Shown: positions 1 through 10,294 of the stretch, in pieces
Layout of the letters: each line of letters starts with the position of its first letter
Numbering within the stretch: position 1 is the stretch's first letter
NCBI GenBank assembly: GCA_002269645.1
Contig: NIVC01001547.1
Coordinates: 62,001 to 126,000, forward strand
DNA length: 64,000 bases
Direction: 5' to 3'
DNA from: Macrostomum lignano
Lineage: Eukaryota
Translations under genes and position numbers: made by a program
Notes under the pieces: generated by a model
Database searches by the model: none
What the model was told of the DNA's origin: nothing
What the model saw: only the letters and a program-made list of their open reading frames with translations

Positions 1-258
1 AAGAGACAGGGGTTTCCACCAAGAGACAGGGGCGCCCACCAAGAGACAGGGGTTTCCACCAAGAGACAGGGGTTTCCACCAAGAGACAGGGGTTTCCACC
101 AAGAGACAGGGGCGCCCACCAAGAGACAGGGGCGCCCACCAAGAGACAGGGGCGCCCACCAAGAGACAGGGGCGCCCACCAAGAGACAGGGGTTTCCCCC
201 AAGAGACAGGGGCGCCCACCAAGAGACAGGGGCACCCACCAAGAGACAGGGGCGCCCA
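1..258. repeat. 20-bp minisatellite (AAGAGACAGGGGTTTCCACC / AAGAGACAGGGGCGCCCACC), truncated by window start
   Basis: About 13 tandem units of two alternating variants read directly. Confidence 0.97.
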
Positions 259-564
259 TCATATTGGTGCCCTTAAGGGTTGCGGTCTCCAACAAGTGTT
301 CCAGTACGTCACTGCTATCACTGTTTTCATTGCAACACATGTACACAAGAATTTCAAAAGCATGTCAAGCATCCATGAAAATGTAAAGGAAATGATGACT
401 TGCGCAGTGAAACGGAGCTCAATTGTACATAAAAAATTACAGCGAATGGATACAAAAGCACACATAGCAGCTCTTGTACAGCTCTGTATTTATTTACAAA
501 GATTCCTACAAAGAAATGTTATGGAGATTGTAATAGAGAGAAAAATCAATGCTCAGAGGTTCAT

Positions 565-1137
565 CTAGTTCTCAGTCAGTGCCTGAGTCTCCGCACCATC
601 AAGCAGCTCGAGTCCCGTCAGAGATCGTCCAACAGCATCGGCAGCCGCCGCCGAAGCTGCCGCAGCCGCTGTCAGCTCCTCCTTGCCAGCCGTTGGCATC
701 AGACTGCGCAATCGATGCTGCAGAATGGTTTGCCGGAGTTCGAACCCGCGACCACCAGCAGCGCTGGCACCTCCGACGCCAAGATTGGAAGCTGCCCGAT
801 CCTCCAGAGCGCGGCAGTGGCTGCAGAGCCGCCTGTCCAGCACCTCGCAGGCGGCCAGGGCCATGTGATCGCTTGGCCGGTTGGTCAGCGGTCTCAGGCA
901 GGTGGCGCCGAGAGCTGGCGGGTCGCTGCGGCGTTGCAGCACCACGGGACCGTAGCTGCCGACTGGGACAGTCAGGGGGCTCTGCAGCTCTTCCTCAGGC
1001 TGTTCCTGGTGCGGCGCCGGCGCTGTGCTGGCTGAGTATCTTCCACTGAGCGACTCGATGGTCTGCTCGCGTTCAAGTCGGAGCGATTCTCCTCTGCGGT
1101 GCTCGGCGAAGCTCAGCAGGTTAGCAACCGTTGCCAT
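565..1137 (-). CDS. Uncharacterised 190-aa protein, single coding exon (MATVANLL...QALTEN)
   Basis: GC-rich non-repetitive ORF between AT-rich flanks; ATG at 1137 in ACCATGG Kozak context; AATAAA on minus strand at 489-494, about 70 nt after the stop. The ORF-track start (1236) lies in AT-rich upstream sequence. No family recognised. Confidence 0.6.
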   Translation of the reverse strand: MATVANLLSFAEHRRGESLRLEREQTIESLSGRYSASTAPAPHQEQPEEELQSPLTVPVGSYGPVVLQRRSDPPALGATCLRPLTNRPSDHMALAACEVLDRRLCSHCRALEDRAASNLGVGGASAAGGRGFELRQTILQHRLRSLMPTAGKEELTAAAAASAAAADAVGRSLTGLELLDGAETQALTEN

Positions 1138-1555
1138 GGTAACTATATGGCTTTGTGAAGCTTTGTGTGCGAAGGACTTCTTTTTTTTAAAAAAAAGGTT
1201 TCTAGGACTCTTATAGCTTCGCTTGGATAGAGACAACTAGCTCATATATGAGATCAGAGTACAACTTTATAGCAACCTACAGTGTATTCTGGATGCGCTC
1301 TTCACAGGTGTACATAATTGATAAGCAACTATACAATAAGCTTGTGTAGAGTGCAAAAAGAGGTGCAGGGTGAGACCGTTGAGAGGAGAGAGCCAGAGAG
1401 ATAATGACAGTGGGTCTCTAGCAGGACTGACTGTCCGACTGCCCCTTCTTGTTCTTGTTGTTAGGCGAAGAAATTTTCATTTTTCTTTCTTGTAAAAGAG
1501 ACGTCTGATGCTGGATAGAAACATGGCTGTATGTCTATCAAAATGCATGAATTCT

Positions 1556-2202
1556 CCCCCCCCCCTAACCCCTATCGACCTCCCTCTCACCCCTTTCTGC
1601 CTCCTTCTCACCCCTATCCCCCTCCCTCTCACCCTATCCCCCTCCCTCTCGCCCCTATCCCCCTCCCTCTCACCCCTATCTCCCTCCTTCTTACCCCTAT
1701 CCCTCTCCCTCTCACCCCTATCCCTCTACATCTCACCCCTCTCCCTCTCCCTCTCACCCTTATCCCTCTCCCTCTCACCGCTATCCCTCTCCCTCTCACC
1801 CCTATCCCTCTCCATCTCACCCCTATCCCCCTCCCTCTCGCCCTATCCCCCTCCCTCTCACCCCTATCTCCCTCCTTCTTACCCCTATCCCTCTCCCTCT
1901 CACCCCTATCCCTCTCCATCTCACCCCTCTCCCTCTCCCTCTCACCCCTCTCCCTCTCCCTCTCACCCTTATCCCTCTCCCTCTCACCCCTATCCCTCTC
2001 CCTCTCATCCCTATCCCTCTCCCTCTCACCCCTATCTCTCTCCCTCCCACCCCTTTCTCCCTCCTTCTCACCCCTATCCCTCTCCCTCTCACCCCTATCT
2101 CTCTCCCTCTCACCCCTTTCTCCCTCCTTCTCACCCCTATCCCTCTCCCTCTCACCCCTATCCCTCTCCGTCTCACCCCTATCCCCTCCCTCTCACCCTA
2201 CC
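1556..2202. repeat. CT-rich ~21-bp minisatellite (CCCTCTCACCCCTATCCCTCT)
   Basis: Tandem pyrimidine-rich units; source of the spurious P/L/S ORFs at 1508-2268. Confidence 0.95.
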
Positions 2203-2683
2203 CGATTGCCCCAGAGCATACTAAATGCACTAACAATACAACAAACATACGCCCCTTATCCGACCTAAGTCCTGTTTCTAAGACAACCGAGTGTATCGGG
2301 GGCCTCAAATTTCCAAAGAGAGTTTTGAGGGCTCAGGAAATTGCAACAGTGCTTCGGAGCCAGAGTCTGGCACTCTCCCCCGATTTTCCTGCATTCGAAT
2401 AGCATTAGGATGAGTGGCTGCTCAAGGAAAGCCGAGAAGAGTCACGGAGACAGTTTATGTGCAAGAGAGATTTTCGCTTCGCGTGTTCCAATCAGAGTTG
2501 ATCCGGCAGAGAGGTTTGCGTCTTTGACGGTTATTAGCCCCCCCCCCTGGCCGATAGAAACACAGGAAAAAGCAAGCTTTGCATGTATCGCTGAGGGATT
2601 CGATTTCGAGAAAGAAGAAACGAGAAAGCAGGTTGAATATTTTTGAGAAAAAGCAAAGGTCTTCCTTCAGCAGCTGCACCGCC

Positions 2684-2787
2684 ATGGCTGGACTGGGGAT
2701 GTCACCTGAGGACAAAAGGTTAATAACCGAGGACTGGGAAGCCGCCTCTGCGGACAGGCGAGCCCTGGGGACCGTCATCTTCATCAG
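2684..2787 (+). CDS. Globin, exon 1 of 3 (model 2684-2787, 3957-4185, 5425-5571; 159 aa)
   Basis: GCCATGG start; MAGLGMSPEDKRLITEDWEAASADRRALGTVIFIR = A/B helices with A12 Trp; AG|GTAGGG donor in phase 2 at the conserved B12.2 position. Confidence 0.92.
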
Positions 2788-2800
2788 GTAGGGGACAGAA

Positions 2801-3178
2801 GATGCTCATACATGATCATACTTGATCATACATGCTTGTACACGATCATAATTGCTCATACACACTCATAAATGCTCATACAGGATCATACACGCTCAAA
2901 CACGATCACAGATGCTCGTACATGATCAGAAACGCTCATACATGATCATACACGATCATACACACTCATACACGATCATAGATGCTCGTTCATGATCAGA
3001 AACGCTCATACATGGTCATACACGATCATACACACTCATACACGATCATAGATGCTCGTACATGATCAGAAACGCTCATACATGGTCATACACGATCATA
3101 CACACTCATACACGATCATAGATGCTCGTACATGATCAGAAACGCTCATACATGGTCATACACGCTCAAGCACGATTG
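2801..3178. repeat. 70-bp repeat built of 10-bp GATCATA/CTCATA subunits, globin intron 1
   Basis: GATGCTCGT recurs at 2981, 3051 and 3121. Confidence 0.9.
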
Positions 3179-3956
3179 TACGCTTCGAATTTGTACAGCT
3201 CGCCCGTTTAGTCTATGGGCAAAAGTAGCAGATATCTAAACACTATAGACTCACTAGACATGCAGGCCACCCTTTAGACTTCTTAAACTCAGTACTCATT
3301 TAAGTCTGATAGCGAGTGGGACAGCAAGAGGACAACCGTCCATGGTGTAGCTTCTTTGATTAATGATCCTTCCCTATCATCTTTATCACCACTCACCTCT
3401 ACCCCCTCTCACCCCTACCCCCTCCTTCTCATATGATGATCTATGCCAACTAAATGACAAAGGTTATCAGCCAGAATAATAGGGTACAATGAGTGTGTCA
3501 ACCTTCCCAGATGACCATTAACCATCTACCTTACAAACTGTGTAATTTAATTACATACTGTCTACAATCTCTGTCAGAATCCTATGGCCTGTCTACGCAA
3601 ACGTAAAAATATATACTGCTGATAATGATGAGGTTTCAGTCTCTGCAGGACTGAGCTGGACAATGAGCATTGCATATAGTGTAGATTCTCATTAAGAGGT
3701 TGCTACAAGTCAGAAGCACTGTTGCTATGCACATTGACTCGACTATTAGCGATGCTTAAAAATAATCTTTACACCTCCTTGCCTATAGCTACCTGAGGAG
3801 ACACCTCTGACACCCAAGCGATGTCTCAGTAATCCGGGGACACCCCTGACACAAAAAGTGCACTACCAGCCAAATAAAAAAATAAAAAACCTGGAATTCC
3901 CAATTTCTACAAGGCTACTATTAGTAAACGGTATGCACTCTCAAAAACCGCCGCAG

Positions 3957-4185
3957 GCTGTTCGAGATGTACCCGGAGGTGCAGTCAATGTTCAGCCAGT
4001 TTCGCGGCAAACCGCTAAATCAGCTGACTACATCGCCTACTCTAAAAGCTCACGGACTTCGGGTGGTGAACACGCTTGACGCCGCCATCAGCGACCTGCA
4101 GCGGGACAGCGAGACGTCGGCGGAGTCACTGCGGCTGATTGGAGAGTCGCACAGGCGGCGGGGAGTGCAGATGAGCCACTTTGAG
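3957..4185 (+). CDS. Globin, exon 2
   Basis: ccgcag acceptor; LFEMYPEVQSMF (C2 Pro, CD1 Phe), KAHG (E7 His), GESHRRRGV (F8 His), ends HFE|gtgggt in phase 0 = conserved G7.0 intron. Confidence 0.95.
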
Positions 4186-4195
4186 GTGGGTGAGA

Positions 4196-4578
4196 GCCTG
4201 AGAGGGAGGGGGTAGGGGTGAGAGGGAGGGGGTAGGGGTGAGAGGGAGGGGTAGGGGTGAGAGGGAGGGGGTAGGGGTGAGAGGGAGGGGGTAGGGGTGA
4301 GAGGGAGGGGTAGGGGTGAGAGGGAGGGGTAGGGGTGAGAGGGAGGGGGTAGGGGTGAGAGGGAGGGGGTAGGGGTGAGAGGGAGGGGGTAGGGGTGAGA
4401 GGGAGGGGGTAGGGGTGAGAGGGAGGGGGTAGGGGTGAGAGGGAGGGGGTAGGGGTGAGAGGGAGGGGGTAGGGGTGAGAGGGAGGGGGTAGGGGTGAGA
4501 GGGAGGGGGTAGGGGTGAGAGGGAGGGGTAGGGGTGAGAGGGAGGGGTAGGGGTGAGGGAGGGGGTAGGGGTGAGAGG
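4196..4578. repeat. G-rich 19-20-bp minisatellite (GGGTGAGAGGGAGGGGGTAG), globin intron 2
   Basis: Starts just after the exon-2 donor; reverse complement shares CCCTCTCACCCCT with the 1556-2202 array. Confidence 0.95.
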
Positions 4579-4904
4579 GGGGCATCACAACCCCAAAATA
4601 TCACATTCTCGAAAGTCCAAAACGCGGGGCTTGTCAGAGTTTTCGAGAATGTGATATTTAGGGTTTATGATGGGGGTTGTCAGAGTTTTCGAGAATGTGA
4701 TATTTAGGGTTTATGATGGGGGTTGTCAGAGTTTTCGAGAATGTGATACTTAGGGTTTATGATGGGGCCTGTCAGAGTTTTCGAGAATGTGATATTTAGG
4801 GTTTATGATGGGGCTTGTCAGAGTTTTCGAGAATGTGATATTTAGGGTTAATGATGGGAGGAGCGTTTCGAGGTTGTGATTTTTAGGGTTTGTGGTGGCG
4901 CCCC
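4579..4904. mobile_element. Non-autonomous TIR element with internal 46-bp tandem repeats and 8-bp flanking direct repeat (Merlin/hAT-like)
   Basis: Left end GGGGCATCACAACCCCAAAATATCAC, right end GTGATTTTTAGGGTTTGTGGTGGCGCCCC (imperfect inverted); GTGAGAGG at 4571-4578 and 4905-4912. Confidence 0.5.
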
Positions 4905-5200
4905 GTGAGAGGGAGAGGGGTAGAGGTGAGAGAGTAGATAAGAGGGGATAGAGGTGAGAGAGTAGATAAGAGGGGATAGGGTGAGAAAGTAGATAAGAGG
5001 GGATATGGGTGAGAAAGTAGATAAGAGGGGATAGGGGTGAGAAAGTAGATAAGAGGGGATAGAGGTGAGAAAGTAGATAAGAGGGGATAGAGGTGAGAAA
5101 GTAGATAAGAGGGGATAGAGGTGAGGGAGTAGATAAGAGGGGATAGAGGTGAGGGAGTAGATAAGAGGGGTTAGAGGGAGATTGATAGGGATGAGAAAAG
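4905..5200. repeat. 28-bp purine-rich minisatellite (GAGAAAGTAGATAAGAGGGGATAGAGGT)
   Basis: About 10 tandem units. Confidence 0.92.
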
Positions 5201-5424
5201 CAGAGAGTAGAGACCATAGCTACAGTCCTACAACAAGAGAAGTGACTGAGCAGCCAGCGCAATCAAGCAAGTCGATGGCATCGCAAAGAAAATTAATTGA
5301 AAAATGGATAAAAAAGAGATTAATAAATTTTCCTTCATTTTAGTTCCTAATCCTCAGCGAGAGCTACTTCAAGCAAAGTAACAATTTATATCAAACGTTT
5401 CTTTTCCAATTTTATTTGCCGCAG

Positions 5425-5571
5425 TCGCTCAACAAGGTGCTGATGTCGGTTCTGGAAGAGCGACTGCGTGGGCAGGTATTCGCTGAGCACCGCCACGTGT
5501 GGATAAGTTTCCTCAGCAGCATCCTGCCCTTCATCAAAGAGGGCCTTGACAGGGCCTTATACCTGGCTTGA
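5425..5571 (+). CDS. Globin, exon 3
   Basis: ttatttgccgcag acceptor, phase 0; SLNKVLMSVLEERL...HVWISFL...LYLA* (G and H helices, H8 Trp); AATAAA at 5648-5653. Confidence 0.9.
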   Translation, partial: SLNKVLMSVLEERLRGQVFAEHRHVWISFLSSILPFIKEGLDRALYLA

Positions 5572-5779
5572 AGCGGATAATTCTACTGAGCAAAGACTAA
5601 TTAATTGGGGAGCTCAAGATAGACATGAAGATAATTACAAGCAGTTCAATAAAGATAATGGTTTCATCAAAGAGGGAGATTTTTAATCACTAAAAGGCAA
5701 CACGAGATTTCATAAGTAAACAAGTCTAAGGAATTAGAGGAGTGGATGGCGTTTGGGATTCCGATGAAAACCTGGGAAT

Positions 5780-6230
5780 TAAGAATGGGATTTGGAATAT
5801 GGGATAAAACAGGTGAGAGAATGGGATTTGGAATATGGGATAAAACAGGTGATAGAATGGGATTTGGAATATGGCATAAAACAGGTGAGAATGGGATTTA
5901 GAATATGGCATTAAACAGGTGAGAATGGGATTTGGAATATGGGATAAAACAGGTGAGAGAATGGGATTTGGAATATGGGATAAAACAGGTGATAGAATGG
6001 GATTTGGAATATGGGATAAAACAGGTGAGAGAATGGGATTTGGAATATGGGATAAAACAGGTGAGAATGAGATTTGGAATATGGGATAAAACAGATGAGA
6101 GAATAGGATTTGGAAAATGAGATAAAACAGGTGAGAGAATGGGATTTGGAATATGGGATAAAACAAGTGAGAATGGGATTTGGAATATGCGATAAAACAG
6201 GTGAGAGAATGGGATTTGGAATATGGTAAA
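5780..6230. repeat. 33-36-bp minisatellite (GGGATTTGGAATATGGGATAAAACAGGTGAGAGAAT)
   Basis: About 13 units downstream of the globin polyA signal. Confidence 0.93.
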
Positions 6231-6824
6231 AACATATAAGAACACAGCAAACCTAGGGTTTTGTGAAATATCCCAATTGTAATGTGTTCGTACAGTGTAG
6301 TATTGAATTTTGTTGCAATGTTAGTCTCTGTGTATTTAATGTAAAATACATGTAGCATAAATGAATGTAGAAAAAGTGTAATTTATTCCTAATTTATGTA
6401 GTCACCGTTTAACATAATAAAAATGAGTAAAACAAAAAATACGTTTGACTTTTTTATTTCTTTAGGGCACTTATACAAAAAGAAATTCAGAAAATGAACT
6501 AGCATTTATATTTGATGTAGGTAAAATTATATTAAGCTTATATAAGTACAGTGAAAGTAAAATGTTACACATTTAATGATCATTTTGTTGGTACGAGTAC
6601 AATAAATTAAAACTTTAAAATGCAGCTTAAACTACATAACGAATAATAATTGCATAACAACATCGTTTCGCATACATACTCAATTACTTATGCAACTAGG
6701 ACTAATTTAACTAACGATATGTATCGAAAAAAAACTATTCAAGTATGAATTTCACATTATAAACTTTCATATCTTGAATAGGAAAGTTGCTTTATTAAGT
6801 GATTCACAAACTCACATTATTCAC

Positions 6825-7652
6825 AATTTAGATGATTCACAATCTAGATGACTCACAAACTGAATGATTCACAATCTAGATGATTCACAATCCAGATGAC
6901 TCACAAACTGAATGATTCACAATCTAGATGATTCACAATATAGATGATTCACAATCTAGATGATTCACAATCTAGATGATTCACAATCTAGATGACTCAC
7001 AAACTGAATGATTCACAATCTAAATGATTCACAATCTAGATGATTCACAATCTAGATGACTCCCAAACTGAATAATTCATAATCTAGATGATTCACAGTC
7101 TAGATGATTCACAATCTAGATGACTCACAAACTGAATGATTCACAATCTAGATGACTTACAATCTAGATTATTAAAAAACTGAATGATTCACAATCTAGA
7201 TGACTCACAAACTGAATGATTCACAATCTAGATGACTCACAAACTGAATGATTGACAATCTAGATGATTCACAATCTAAATGATTCACAATCTAGATGAC
7301 TCACAAACTGAATGATTCACAATCTAGATGACTCACAAACTGAATGATTCACAATCTAGATGATTCACAATCTGGATGACTCATAAACTGAATAATTCAC
7401 AATCTGGGTGATTCACAAACTGAATGATTCACAAACTACATGATTCACAAACTACATTAGATGATTCACAAACTACATTAGATGATTCACAAACTGAATG
7501 ATTCACAAACTACATGATTCACAAACTACATTAGATGATTCACAAACTACATTAGATGATTCACAAACTACATTAGATGATTCACAAACTACATTAGATG
7601 ATTCACAAACTACAGTAGATGATTCACAAACTACATTAGATGATTCACAAAC
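6825..7652. repeat. 16/19-bp minisatellite (GATGATTCACAATCTA / GATGACTCACAAACTGAAT)
   Basis: Tandem units beginning about 20 nt after the QRSL1 stop codon. Confidence 0.95.
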
Positions 7653-7670
7653 AAACCAGAAAGCCCAAAC

Positions 7671-8378
7671 TCAGTCCAACAGTCTCAACAGAGAGCATTC
7701 GCTACTCTCGGCTAGCAGCGGGAATCGAGCCCAGGACTCTAGGCGAGCAGCCAGAGCTGCCACCCGAGCCTCAGCCATGGCAGGACCAATCACTTGAACA
7801 GCCAGCGGCAGGCCGGTGCCCTCCTCCAGCCCGGTTGGCAGCACAATAGAGGGCAAACCAGCCAAGTTGACACTCTGGGTGCACAGGTCCATGGTAGATG
7901 TCCTGTAGCGGTTGTCTGCCTGGACAAAGTCTCTATAGGTCGGGGCCGCAGTGACAGCAGCTGGGCAGACCAGCAAGTCCACCGACTGGAACACTCGATC
8001 AAAGTCCTCTTTGATGAGGCGCCAAACCTTGCGAGCCTGCTCATAGTAGGCCTTATAATTTCTTCTCAATAGGAAATAGTTGCCAGCAAGGACCCGACTC
8101 CGGATCACCGAGTTGAAGCCCGCCAGTCTGTTGGCGGTGTACAACGACTCAACGGAATTCTCCGAGTCGCGAACTCGCAGCCCGAACTCGATGCCATCGT
8201 ACCTGGCCATGTTGGAGGCCACCTCTGCGCAGCACAGCACCGAGTAGGCTTTGATGGACAGCGGAGTATGCGGCAGAGACACTGGTAGGCAGGTCAGGCC
8301 CAAGTCTGACTCTAGATGGGTGACAGCTCTGCTCCACGTGTCCAGGACTGAGGCTGACATGCCGGGAGTGCTGAACTC
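7671..8378 (-). CDS. QRSL1: Glutamyl-tRNA(Gln) amidotransferase subunit A, mitochondrial, exon 3 of 3
   Basis: cccgcag|GAG acceptor phase 0; EVASNMARYDG, RSRVLAGNYFL, DLCTQSVNLAGLP are GatA/QRSL1 motifs; TGA at 7671. Confidence 0.95.
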   Translation of the reverse strand, partial: EFSTPGMSASVLDTWSRAVTHLESDLGLTCLPVSLPHTPLSIKAYSVLCCAEVASNMARYDGIEFGLRVRDSENSVESLYTANRLAGFNSVIRSRVLAGNYFLLRRNYKAYYEQARKVWRLIKEDFDRVFQSVDLLVCPAAVTAAPTYRDFVQADNRYRTSTMDLCTQSVNLAGLPSIVLPTGLEEGTGLPLAVQVIGPAMAEARVAALAARLESWARFPLLAESSECSLLRLLD

Positions 8379-8414
8379 CTGCGGGATTTGTCTGCTTGCT
8401 GATCAGCTGATCCT

Positions 8415-9400
8415 GAATCTCACCTCATCAATTACCTGAATCTCACCCCATCAACTACCTGATTCTCAACCAATCAATTACCTAAATCTCACCCCATCAA
8501 TTACCTGAATCTCACCCCATCAACTACCTGAATCTCAACCAATCAATTACCTGATTCTCAACCAATCAACTACCTGAATCTCAACCAATCAATTACCTGA
8601 ATCTCACCCCATCAATTACCTGAATCTCACCCCATCAACTACCTGAATCTCAACCAATCAATTACCGGAAACTCACCCCATGAATCACTTAAATCTCACC
8701 CCATCAATTACCTGAAACTCACCCCATCAATTACCTGAATCTCACCTCATCAATTACCTGAATCTCACCCAATGAATCACCTGAATCTCACCCTATCAAT
8801 TACCTGAATCTCACCCAATGAATCACCTGAATCTCACCCTATCAATTACCTGAATCTCACCCCATCAATTACCTGAATCTCACCCCATCAATTACCTGAA
8901 CCTCAGACTATCAACTACCTAAATCTCACCCCATCAATTACCTGAATATCACCCCATCAGTTCCCTGAATCTCACCCTAACAGTTCTCAGTTCCCTGAAC
9001 ATACATGCGCAACCTCCGAAATTCGGTCGGCCATGCGACTTAGTTTTAACAAAAATGCGACGTAGTTTTTGTCAAAAATGCGACTTACATGTAAAAAACC
9101 CTAAAGCAAAATTAAAGCAACTTTGGGTAAACGGCAGGAGTAACTATGACTGTCTTATTAAGCCAAAATGCCTCGTCAGCTACTTAGTACTACTACTTTG
9201 TTATTTTTTCGGGTGGGGATTTTTGCGACTTCCTTGGTTGGCCGCCAAATCGGTCGGCCGGATCGGCCGACTCGGCCGACTGTTGCGCATGTATGTCCCT
9301 GAATCTCACCCCATCGATTCTCAGTTACCTGAATCTCACCCTATCAGTTCTCAGTTCACTGAATCTCACCCCATCGATTCTCAGTTACCTGAATCTCACC
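8415..9400. repeat. 23-bp minisatellite (CCTGAATCTCACCCCATCAATTA), QRSL1 intron 2, interrupted by a MITE
   Basis: Tandem units on both sides of 9000-9295. Confidence 0.93.
9000..9295. mobile_element. hAT-type MITE, copy 1 (296 bp)
   Basis: Perfect 14-bp TIR CATACATGCGCAAC...GTTGCGCATGTATG; perfect 8-bp TSD TCCCTGAA (8992-8999 and 9296-9303); second copy at 14499-14796. Confidence 0.9.
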
Positions 9401-9493
9401 TCGAGCTTTAAAGATTCTAATTCATAGGGGATAAGATTTGGGATCTAATTCACTAGCCTAAATCCATCGAATCCCTAAATCCGGCAATCATAC

Positions 9494-9886
9494 CGCGGGC
9501 ACGCCAATCTTCAGTCCAGCAGCCAGCTTGTCGCTCCATCCGACAGGTTCCGGACGCTCCGGACAGCAGGTGGAGTCATTCTCGTCCGGTCCCTGCATAG
9601 CATTGAGCAGCAGGCAGGCATCAGCCACCGTGTTGGCCATGATAGACACGCAATCCAGCGCGTTCACCAGCGGCACCAGACCGTGACGGGACACCCGGCC
9701 GTAGGTCGGCTTCAGTCCCACAATGCCGCAGAAAGCCGCCGGGATTCGCGAGGAGCCGCCCGTGTCCGAGGCGAGGGCGCCGACGGCTAAACCGGAGGCC
9801 ACGGCTGCCGCGCTGCCACCGCTGCTCCCGCCAGCGATGTAGAAATTGGTGGCCGAGTCGGGAGCGTCGGATGAGCTGCATGGTGA
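9494..9886 (-). CDS. QRSL1: QRSL1/GatA exon 2
   Basis: ccgcag acceptor and GCG|GTATGA donor, both phase 0; amidase signature GGSSGGS and [14 protein letters not shown] (catalytic serines). Confidence 0.95.
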
Positions 9887-9894
9887 CTGCGGGT

Positions 9895-10288
9895 GGGTGA
9901 TGGTGACTGGCTGAGTGATTGATGATGATTCACTGAGTGACTGGTGATGTCTACTGAGTGACTGATGATGATTCACTGAGTGACTGGTGATGATTCACTG
10001 AGTGACTGGTGATTATTCACTGAGTGACTGGTGATGATTCACTGAGTGACTGTTGATGATTCACTGAGTGACTGTTGATGATTCACTGAGTGACTGGTGA
10101 TGTTTCACTGAGTGACGGGTGATGATTCACTGAGTGATTGATGATGATTCACTGAGTGACTGGTAATGATTCACGGAGTGACTGGTGATGCTTCACCGAG
10201 TGACTGGTGATGATTCAGAGTGACTGGTGATGTTTCACTGAGTGACTGGTGATAATTCGCTGAGTGACTGATGATGTTTCACTGAGTG
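9895..10288. repeat. 22-bp minisatellite (TCACTGAGTGACTGGTGATGAT) filling QRSL1 intron 1
   Basis: About 18 units spanning nearly the whole intron. Confidence 0.95.
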
Positions 10289-10294
10289 CCTCAC

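Noticed and set aside
296-568. 90-aa plus-strand ORF
   Set aside because: AT-rich, no recognisable motif, antisense to the probable 3'UTR of the 190-aa gene.
4660-4890. TTTAGGGTTT words suggestive of telomeric repeats
   Set aside because: Single words inside a 46-bp unit, not tandem hexamers or heptamers.
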